Of a stretch of 64,000 nt of DNA, positions 22,001 to 29,500 are shown piece after piece (position 1 is the first letter of the stretch; every line of letters starts with the position of its first letter). Source of the stretch: a virus; IMG/VR virus record IMGVR_UViG_3300024255_000006, positions 71,243 to 135,242 of that record. One strand, given 5' to 3'. The position numbers were made by a program, and so were the translations under genes. A model generated the notes under the pieces. The model was not told the DNA's origin. It worked only from the letters and a program-made list of their open reading frames with translations, and did no database searches.

Positions 22001-25000
22001 GTTACAGGATATGATGATCGTGGATTCGTTATCTACGATTCTATCGTTAGATCTGCTAGTGGAACTATTACTATTAGTGGTGCGGTTACTCCAGACTTTA
22101 TTGCAGAAAATGCTCACAATGGTTCTGGAACAATCACCCTGTCGAGCAATGCAGCAGTTCAGTTTATTCCAAACTGGGTTGGTACTGGTCTGTTCGGATT
22201 CAGTGGTGGAGATGGATACAACTTCAGTCTTCTACAGATTACGACTGGTGGTTTGTTTACCAACGGTATTGTTGGCGAAGCAGTTACCAAACATTATAAC
22301 ATCTCTTCTACTGCTACGTTTACAACAGCAGATTATGGTGCTCTGTCTGGTACTCCAACTACCACAACAGACTACGGAACTGTTACGACAGCATACTCAG
22401 ATATTGAAGACTTCGGTCTCATCACCGTTACTCAATCTCTCGATCCATACGGTCTATTCCAGATCAGTGGTTCTGCAGGCACGTTCTTCCAGCCATTCCG
22501 AGGATCCGAGTCTACAGTTCTATTCCAGTTCAGTGGAACTCGTGCATTCGAGCAATTCATTCCCAACTGGAATGGATCTGGTTTTATCACACTATCTGGT
22601 ACTGCTGGTCAGGTTGCATACCGCAACTTCCCATATGCAGGAACAGGTGCTCTGTTCGGAAATGGTATTGTTGGCGAAGCAGTCGTCAAGGACTACTCTG
22701 CAACTTCTATCGTTCCATTCAACACAGAAGACTTTGGTCAGATTTCTTCTGTCCCAACTACAACATCCGACTACGGTCAAATCACGGATGGATCTACTCA
22801 AGATGTAGATTACAGATATATTTGGGAGTATCCATCTTACGGTATTCCATTCGGAACAATCACGATTAGTGGTAACAACAGTGCTACCACCAACTTTATT
22901 CGTGCTCCATATGCTGCATTTGGTAACTTCACCATTATCAGTAATAATCTTGTACCGATGCAAGAAGCATTTGCTGCCGAAGCAGATGTGTCTGGAGTTA
23001 TCTACCTTGGATTTGCTTCTGCAGGTGCAGATCGTACTCGTGCATACGATGGTTCTGGAACTCTGTTTGCTACAAGTGGAGCTGCAGAAAGCAAGACCAC
23101 AAACAAACCAGAAAGCACTGTACTATTTGCATCTAGTGGATCTGCAGAGTCTCCAAGAACAAGAGACTTTATTGGATCTGGATCAATATTCACTTTCGGT
23201 GGTTCTGCAGAAGCAGTAGCAGTTGCACAAGAAACAACAGGACTATTCACACTTTCTGGTACAGCAGATACAGACCGATCCAGAGACTATGTTGGATCTG
23301 GATCACTGTTCGCAATTGATGGAGCAGCAGAAGCAGTTGCAGTTGCACCAGAAACAACAGGACTATTCACTATTGGTGGAAGTGGAGATCCACCAATCAT
23401 CACCCTCAAGTTCTTCGGTGGTGGAACAATTACTCTCAGTGGAACAGCAGAGTCTCCAAGAGCAAGAGACTATGTTGGTTCTGGTTCCCTATTCGCAATC
23501 GGTGGTGCAGCAGAAAGCAAGACGAGCGACGAAGAATTTACTGGTCTCTATACCTTCTCTGGTACTGCAGAACCAATCATCAGAACTCAGGCATTCCAAG
23601 GTTCTGGTCAAACCACCATTTCTGGTACAGCAATCGAGAGACAACTCGATCACTACCATGGATCTGGAGTATTCCAAGTTACTGGTATTGCATCTGCTCA
23701 AGAATCTTATGTACCAGCAGCAGAGATTGGATCTGGTTCACTATTCAGTGCAAGTGGAGCTGCAGAAAGCAAGACCAGCAACCCACCAGAGAATACAATT
23801 CTCTATACATTCGCTGGTACTGCAGAACCAATCATCAGAACTCAGGCATTCCAAGGTTCTGGAACTATCAGTATTTCTGGTCAACTTGGTCTCAAGGTTA
23901 TTCTCAACTACTTTGGTTCTGGTGGAATTATCCTCAGTGGAACTGTCGGAGAATCCTTTACACCAGCTACGGAAGTTGGATCTGGTTCGATTACTCTATC
24001 TGGAACCGTTGGAGAATCCTTTACACCAGCTACAGAAGTTGGATCTGGTTCTATTACACTCTCTGGTGCAGCGGTCGAGAGACAACTCGATCATTACACT
24101 GGGTCTGGTACGGCAACGATTTCTGGTACTGCTGGAATCAAACTCATTATCGACTTCATTGGTTCTGGATCTCTATTCTCTGCAGGTGGAGCTGCAGAAA
24201 GCAAGACCACAAACAAACCAGAGTCTACAGTTCTATTCGCAGTTTCTGGCGCAGCAGACGAGTCATTCGGTAAGGGTAACTACGACGCTTCTGGAATTAC
24301 ATCAGTTTCTGGCGCAGGAATTGAGAAGCAAACTGACGATTATGTTGGAAATGGTTCAGCAACTCTATCGGGTACGGCAGATACAGATAGAACAAGAGCA
24401 TTTGCTGGATCAGGATCTCTATTCAGTACTGGTGGAGCGGCAGAAGTTGCTGTTGTCGATTACGAAAGTGTTGGTCTCTTCTCGATCATTGGATCTGCAA
24501 ACGAAGCGATTACTCCATTCATTCCGCCTGGTTCTGGATCTGCATTCTTCTCTGGTACTGGAGTCGAAAGACAAGCAGACGATTACGTTGGAACTGGATC
24601 AGCAACTCTATCTGGTCAGGCTACAGACATCAAACTGTCTTATGGTCACCAGGGAACTGGTGGAATCACACTTTCTGGATCTGCAGTCGAAAGACAAGCA
24701 GACGATTACGTTGGTACAGGATCTCTATTCTCTACAGGTGGAGCTGCAGAAAGCAAGACCACCAACAATCCAGAATCTACAGTTCTGTTCTCCTTCTCTG
24801 GAACAGCAGCAGAGTCTACAACGTTCGATGAAGTCAGTCCTGGTGGAACAATTGTTCTATCTGGTCAAGCAACCAACATCAAATTCAACAGAGGATGGGA
24901 AGGCAGTGGTACTGCAACGTTATTTGGATCTGCAGTCGAAAGACAAGCAGACGATTACGATGGTTCTGGAACTCTGTTTGCTACAAGTGGAGCTGCAGAA

Positions 25001-26221
25001 AGTAAAACTTCAAATCCACCAGAGAACATTGTTCTTTACACATTCTCTGGAACTGCTGGAGATCAGAAACTTACCTTCAGCGAAGTTGCTTCTGGTACTA
25101 TCACTCTATCTGGTTCTGCTGTCGAAAGACAACTCGATCACTACCATGGATCTGGAGTCTTTACTCTCAGCGGCGCAGCCGAAACTCCAAGAGCAAGAGA
25201 CTGGGTTGGAAGTGGTACGATTATCAAATTCTCTGCTCGTCAGGGAACTCTATATGCGAAGGTCGTCGATCTTCCAGAATTCAGTGGTCTATTCTCTATC
25301 TCGGGAACAGCAGATACAGACCGATCCAGAGACTATGTTGGATCTGGTTCTCTGTTCTCTACAGGTGGAGCTGCAGAAAACAAGACTACCAACAAACCAG
25401 AATCCACTGTTCTATTCAACTTCTCTGGAACAGCAACAGAATCCAGAACAAACGATTATGTTGGATCTGGTTCTCTATTCGCGATTGGTGGTGCAGCAGA
25501 ATCTGCAACTGTCGCAGAAGCTTCTACTGGTTTATTCAGTCTTTCTGGTACAGCAGATACAGATCGTTCACGCGCTTATGCTGGATCTGGAACTCTGTTT
25601 GGATTCTCTGGAGCAGCAGAATCTGCTACTGTCTCCGAAGATGCTACTGGTCTCTTCACGATTTCTGGAACAGCAGAGTCTCCAAGAGCAAGAGACTATG
25701 TTGGTTCTGGTTCTCTGTTTGCAATCGGTGGTGCTTCCGAAAGCAAAGCAACCAATTATCCATCGATTGGTCTATTCCAGATTTCTGGAACCGCTGGAAT
25801 CAAACTTATTATTCATTACACTGGTTCTGGATCAGTTACTCTCAGCGGCAATGCTGCAGAAGCATTCGTCAGACCAACATATGTCGGATCTGGTTCTTTC
25901 GGTGGATTCTCTGGATCTGCGACAGAAAGCAAGACGAGCGACGAAGAATTTACTGGAACTACAACGATATCTGGAGAAGCAACAGATATCAAACTTACGT
26001 TTGGATATCGTGGATCTGGTTCTCTATTCTCTACAAGTGGAACTGGAGAAAGTGCAACAGTCGATTACGAAAATACTGTTCTCTTCACATTTACAGGCGG
26101 AGGAACGGAAGAGTTTGTTCCTGGAGGATTCAGTGGAACAGGTCAGGTCACAATTTCTGGAAATGCTGCTACAGAACTCAGAATATTCCAACCTGCATTT
26201 ACGTTCGTTACGATCATATAA
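16031..26221 (+). CDS. Giant Gly/Ser/Thr-rich repetitive fibre/adhesin-like virion protein (3396 aa)
   Basis: Dozens of G(S/T)GxLF and D(Y/F/L/N)G repeats; lies in the tail-fibre module. Confidence 0.7.
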   Translation: MSVIYIYNSSTVNLFVTEDLGSITSTPTTEDYGSISAAHTQEENYYEVQYVGDVTPFGTATIGGSANAVKQNVYQFASIGRFRFIFQEASSFLIHAWIGSGSLFEIGGGLERIVAPYLGADPLGGITLFNTSGSAEESFSTIYNIEDTTTLSTEDYGSVSVGGSSVDYGQVNTYTTAQLEYGTVSDVFAVPYEGTISITGSGEESFTESGYVGTGSYGGFSGSAFNSIPRRYEGSGSLFSVGGGEEQNAYRWVSLTPVIKLTGGTSSTNSFRPQGPIYIEGGADSCAAFRNVSTGSLFGFSGGDESVTRDYDEDNVLVFSTQDYGSVSASATTTADYGSVTSIATEYSDFGSVIYGQTAYSTTGGFTLSGSADVQFITKREFTGSGSLFAIGGEANSFIPNWVATGLFGITGSSTSRVFREYESLGALITSGGEANSLTVVYNDNINIQFVTEDRGLITSAVTTSEDLGVVTQDSTSVDNGQVVFLGAPFGGMTLSGTGDGAPLRTFVYAGTASITTSGAATKFAFVPGPWRGDGLFAITGGDQYSNPRAFQGFGSLFLGEHSNEKATKDYSDSIIDVFSTEDRGLVSVSATSTEDQGLVTNNPALSDLGSISRSQTDVAATANIVVSGSAVTANPRKISYVAVGGGILFSVSGSNQVFVPEFTGSGSISISANSVPNFSLGFIGNYTFNVVGGNISEEITKDYSNDQISWDFYQETEFGTLTTNPQAPRDSIYPVGESAVSLPNSTQDFGLVLDTNLARYYNFGRVSITADSQSAAGTFTFTGTAVPEYKPEFAQTGTGLFRITGVAPNSFFPTWNAFGTLNVTGQPIYNFSLSNPGTGSLFANGISGEAITSSYNLSSIDSFTIGDFGQITTTAVNSTVSSIVTPNNTLFFNQNSKTNVVFSNGGTGIGSFGGFNIGDHLRFGQSTNETDVGTSRFILTNTFNDTSNWESLDFRVIRGNNANGGERPDSGEDLVLYFRSPDTAGNTFFRVGTILDNNSSNGQNSPIWKRLNLPSLARAQGVQFAIRSTGTYYASPEGFDHYGLQQVNVNIGVSGFTDYEYVNELATEAEDWGSIYYGNESNVPFGLFRITGAAETAGLSRPIIVGSGGVTLSGDAVKQFAPNWNTTGLFAISGSAETPYSLREISTGTLFTIGDTSHRVVFDYNIDSDISFTTEDNGSVAVNATSTEDNGSLTAPITGGEVDNGYVVFNASNSDSFGGITISGSVDDEFKPEFAQTSTGLFAITGIGIDSFFPNWNGSGVINTSGGDGYNFSLLHPGSGTLFSNGIAGEAITNHYNISSADIYSTVDYGNLTTVATSTDDYQSITGPGTSVNLDFGNVITQGQTNEPFGLFRITGSAQTAKILRGVESGSGSLFAIGGAVETFHLEYTTTGLFRFSGSAVPKAILRNISTGTLFTIGGAAEAVVFDYNQSSINSFISTDNGLVSATATSTEDHGSLVGPITGGEVDNGYVVFNALTGIPFGSINIGSDAEYEFKPEFAQIGTGLFAITGQSINSFLPNWNGSGVINTSGGDDYNFSLLQITTGGLFTNGIVGEAVTKHYNISSTDVYSAEDYGSIATTATTTEDYESVTDIGTSVNLDFGNVITQGQTNEPFGLFQISGAAVTAGLRKPSFNGSGVAFVFRSATESFSLEYTTTGLFGFSGSAVPKAILRNISTGTLFTVGGAAEAIVYDYTQSSIAVFTTTDNGSVVSNATSTQDHGSLVGPITGGEVDNGFIVFNAATGIPFGGITIGSAADTVYAPEFGQVGDGLFAITGFAEDQFIPNWVGSGVLQTSGGDGYNFSLLQITTGGLFAFGGSAEAAVKHYNISSRDIYSTVDHGALTTTPTSTDDYQSVTDSNTSSNLDFGNLITQGQTNEPFGLFQISGAADTAKILNISFVGSGSIFTASGAADSLTSNPPENTVLFTFTGSTVPNFSFSQPANAFITLDVESEERRVYDYNEDTVVTFGTEDLGLISNTATTTEDNGQLTDPVTGYDDRGFVIYDSIVRSASGTITISGAVTPDFIAENAHNGSGTITLSSNAAVQFIPNWVGTGLFGFSGGDGYNFSLLQITTGGLFTNGIVGEAVTKHYNISSTATFTTADYGALSGTPTTTTDYGTVTTAYSDIEDFGLITVTQSLDPYGLFQISGSAGTFFQPFRGSESTVLFQFSGTRAFEQFIPNWNGSGFITLSGTAGQVAYRNFPYAGTGALFGNGIVGEAVVKDYSATSIVPFNTEDFGQISSVPTTTSDYGQITDGSTQDVDYRYIWEYPSYGIPFGTITISGNNSATTNFIRAPYAAFGNFTIISNNLVPMQEAFAAEADVSGVIYLGFASAGADRTRAYDGSGTLFATSGAAESKTTNKPESTVLFASSGSAESPRTRDFIGSGSIFTFGGSAEAVAVAQETTGLFTLSGTADTDRSRDYVGSGSLFAIDGAAEAVAVAPETTGLFTIGGSGDPPIITLKFFGGGTITLSGTAESPRARDYVGSGSLFAIGGAAESKTSDEEFTGLYTFSGTAEPIIRTQAFQGSGQTTISGTAIERQLDHYHGSGVFQVTGIASAQESYVPAAEIGSGSLFSASGAAESKTSNPPENTILYTFAGTAEPIIRTQAFQGSGTISISGQLGLKVILNYFGSGGIILSGTVGESFTPATEVGSGSITLSGTVGESFTPATEVGSGSITLSGAAVERQLDHYTGSGTATISGTAGIKLIIDFIGSGSLFSAGGAAESKTTNKPESTVLFAVSGAADESFGKGNYDASGITSVSGAGIEKQTDDYVGNGSATLSGTADTDRTRAFAGSGSLFSTGGAAEVAVVDYESVGLFSIIGSANEAITPFIPPGSGSAFFSGTGVERQADDYVGTGSATLSGQATDIKLSYGHQGTGGITLSGSAVERQADDYVGTGSLFSTGGAAESKTTNNPESTVLFSFSGTAAESTTFDEVSPGGTIVLSGQATNIKFNRGWEGSGTATLFGSAVERQADDYDGSGTLFATSGAAESKTSNPPENIVLYTFSGTAGDQKLTFSEVASGTITLSGSAVERQLDHYHGSGVFTLSGAAETPRARDWVGSGTIIKFSARQGTLYAKVVDLPEFSGLFSISGTADTDRSRDYVGSGSLFSTGGAAENKTTNKPESTVLFNFSGTATESRTNDYVGSGSLFAIGGAAESATVAEASTGLFSLSGTADTDRSRAYAGSGTLFGFSGAAESATVSEDATGLFTISGTAESPRARDYVGSGSLFAIGGASESKATNYPSIGLFQISGTAGIKLIIHYTGSGSVTLSGNAAEAFVRPTYVGSGSFGGFSGSATESKTSDEEFTGTTTISGEATDIKLTFGYRGSGSLFSTSGTGESATVDYENTVLFTFTGGGTEEFVPGGFSGTGQVTISGNAATELRIFQPAFTFVTII
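20633..22313 (+). repeat. Identical 97-nt direct repeat (20633-20729 and 22217-22313) inside the giant fibre gene
   Basis: Both copies read tacaacttcagtcttctacagattacgactggtggtttgtttaccaacggtattgttggcgaagcagttaccaaacattataacatctcttctactg. Confidence 0.9.
23559..23862 (+). repeat. Identical 49-nt direct repeat (23559-23607 and 23814-23862)
   Basis: ctggtactgcagaaccaatcatcagaactcaggcattccaaggttctgg occurs twice. Confidence 0.9.
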
Positions 26222-26233
26222 AAACTTCCGCGT

Positions 26234-26241
26234 TATAAATA
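26234..26241 (+). promoter_or_regulatory. Late promoter TATAAATA
   Basis: Exact consensus, intergenic. Confidence 0.85.
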
Positions 26242-26269
26242 AATCTAGAAAAACTCTAGGCATCGAAAT

Positions 26270-26479
26270 ATGACTACCCAGGTACAGCTTCGTAGAGGCA
26301 CCACTGCTGAGCACGCATCATTTACTGGTGCAGTTGCTGAACTCACGGTAGATACTACATTAAATGAGTTGGTGCTCCACGATGGGGCAACTGCGGGCGG
26401 CATTCCAGTCGCACGTAAGGATTACGTGAACACAGAGTTAACGAAAGCAATTGCAACAATGATTGCAGTAGGCTTCTAA
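26270..26479 (+). CDS. Stand-alone Mtd_N-like (major tropism determinant N-terminal / fibre-attachment) domain protein, 69 aa
   Basis: MTTQVQLRRGT.A....FTGA..EL.VDT......LHDG...GG motif. Confidence 0.7.
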   Translation: MTTQVQLRRGTTAEHASFTGAVAELTVDTTLNELVLHDGATAGGIPVARKDYVNTELTKAIATMIAVGF

Positions 26480-26529
26480 TTTATATTTCGTTAAACAAAC
26501 ATCATTCAACAGAAAAGTAGAGTACCAAA

Positions 26530-29500
26530 ATGGCAAAGAAACTAGTATACGAGTATCAGTTTAATGCATCCACAAGGAAAATCAAAATTTATGATAACGT
26601 AAGTGTTAAGAAACTTCTTCTTATTACTAACGTAACTGATAATATCATCCTCTATAACTTCGCTGATGAAGCGAAGGGTGCAGCAAGTGTAACATTTGAT
26701 CCCATCACTGAGCACACAGAAATCACATTAAACTTCGATACAACATCGATGTCTGATAGTGATCAACTTCAAATCTTTATTGAAAAACCAGAAGTTGCAT
26801 TTGAACCATCAGAAACTTTTGTTGACCCAGTATCAAAGATTCGTGTATCTAACCCAGAGAACTTGGTTGATACCGACTTTGAATATGGTCCTCAGGCATC
26901 GAAGTGGGAGACACTTCAGCTTGTAAATAACATTCCTTCTGCATATTCAAATACTTCAGATACTACAATTTCTGGTATTATATCAATTTCAGCAACCAAT
27001 GGTAGTGACGTTATTGTCGTCACTACGAAATTCGAGCACAACCTAAATCCTGGTACTCCAATTGACGTTCGTGGTCTTACTAGTTTCACCGCAGAAGGTT
27101 CGTATCTGATCCAGTCAGTACCAACGCCATCTACATTTACTTATCGTTGCCGTGGTACTCAATCACAAACTGGAAACCTATCTGGTGCATATTCATCTGT
27201 TATTCCTGGTCAGTTCTACTCCAACTCACAGCTAATTCTAGACTCTTATGATGGTCTTCTTGCTGACTCTAGAAACTATATTGTCGATATTCCTGGTGGA
27301 TCGGGCGGTGGTTTCTATATTGATGGTGTAGCTAGCCCAGACCTTACTATTACCAAGAATGGTATCTTCTACTTCACTCAGGAAGCAAACAGCAACACAA
27401 CTCACAGAATTAGATTTGCTAGAGCGGATCAATTTGTCGATGAAGTCACGAAGCAAATCCACCATTTAGATGATGGTACTGAAGGATCACCTGTTGTATT
27501 TGCTACTAACAACACTACTGCTAACGTATATGCTTCCGATAACGGATATATCTACACAGCAGACACCGACATTGAAATTGTAGGATCTCAATGGTTAGAA
27601 ACAACCTACAACCTTACAGCTGGTTCAGCAGCACTTCCAGCTGGTCCTGTATTTAACAAGGGCGCATATGCTTCAACTCTAAAGTTACAAATTAGAGTTG
27701 GTGCAGCTGGTCTAATTGCAACATCAACAGATAACCTAAATTGGACAGTTCAAACTTCTGGTACTCCTAACGATCTTTATGATGTAGATTACGACGGAGC
27801 ATTCTTCACTGTTGTTGGTGATAGTGGAACTGTTCTTCGCTCTGCTGACGGTACTTCCTGGACAGCAGTTGCGGGTACAACAGGTACAACAAACTATAGA
27901 GGTGTAAGATCAAACTCACAAGACCTCGTTATTGTTGGTGCTGGTGGTGAAATCAGACAGTCTTCTGATGGCGGTGCTAACTTAACAGTTAGAACTACAT
28001 CTGGATCAGAAAATCTAGAAGCAGCTGCATGGTCTGGTCAAAAGTGGACAGTTGTTGGTGCATCAGGTGCTGTATACACATCTCCCGATGCTGTTACTTG
28101 GACTAAAGAAACCGCAGTTGGATCTGCTAACAACCTTACTGATATTAAGTGGGATACGGACAATGATCAGTTCGTAATTATTGGTGCTTCTGGAACACTT
28201 CTAACAACTCCAGATGCTAGTACATTTACAACTAGAACTACTGGTCTCTCCAATACACTAATTGGTCTTGCATGTGGAGATGGTGGAAATGGATATCGCA
28301 TCGTAATCATCGATACTCAAGGTGATGGAGCGTATTCGAGTGATGGTGGTGTTAACTGGGTAGCATTCACAACTGGTACAGGTGTTACAACTACTGAGTG
28401 TTACTGGACAGGATATGCATTCAATATCTTCCAGCATACTGGAACTCCAGGAACCAATGCTGCATCTACGTACTTCTCTGCTATCCAACAACCATATACT
28501 GCAATTCCTGCTGGTCAAATCCAATTCGGTGCAAGTGGTACTGTAAGACCAAGAGATATTGTTTGGGTTACTGATGATAACCAGTTTGTTCTTTGTGCAG
28601 ATAACAATGGTGCTGGTACTAATGGTGGTATCTTTGTTTCTTCTGCTGGTACATCTTGGACAGAAAAAAGTGATGCAAACATCCCTAATGAAAGCTTCCT
28701 CAAAGTCCAGTATGCTGGAAATGCATATTGGTTCCTAACTGAAGATAAACTACACTCAACTGCAGACGGTACTACATTTGCTACTTGGACTGAAATTCTA
28801 GATAAATCTAACATCACAACAAACTCAGGTTTTTCTACAGATACTGTTGTTACTGGTGGTTCTGCATATAACGCAGGTACAAATATTTCTCTAACCACTC
28901 TTACTGGTGATGGTTCTGGTGCTGAAGCAACTGTTGTTGTTGTAGGTGGTGTTGTTTCTGATGTTACAATCACCAATGCTGGTAAAGATTACAAGCAAGG
29001 AGATAGAGTACAAATTTCTGGTGGTAACGGAGACGCTATTCTTGAAGTCGCGACTATCGGAACTGGAGTAAACTCAACAGCATCAACATTCAGAGATTTC
29101 TTTATCTCCAGTGACGCTGGTATTATCGCTGTTGTAGGTTCGGATGGAGCAATTGTTTGGTCAATTAATGGTGGTACTTCATTTGAAGTAGATAATGTTG
29201 GAACTAATATTAACTTGAACGGTATCATTAGAGACGACACATACGAAAATCAGTATGCTGTTGTTGGTGATGCTGCTACTGGGGCATTCGTTGCTACTGC
29301 AACTAACCTCGAAACTTGGACAAGAGTTCCTACTTCTAACATCCCAGTTACTACAAATCTCACATCAATCTTCTTTGATGGCGAAAGATATGTTGCTGCT
29401 GGTGCTGCAGGTTCGATCATTTCATCTTATGACGGTACTCACTGGAGTAAAGTTATTGGATATGGTATTGATGCAGATATTAACTTTGCTGCATCATTTA

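Noticed and set aside
23223-26273. 1016-aa overlapping ORF in the +1 frame of the giant fibre gene (plus many shorter +1-frame ORFs from 16680 to 23219)
   Set aside because: Stops in the +1 frame need NTA/NTG codons followed by a purine. The main gene is Gly/Ser/Thr/Ala-rich and its Leu is mostly followed by Phe (CTA TTC), so stops are depleted. The product is a low-complexity L/Q/V shadow of the repeats with no SD or promoter. Its ATGA overlap with 26270 is probably chance; Ribo-seq could overturn this.
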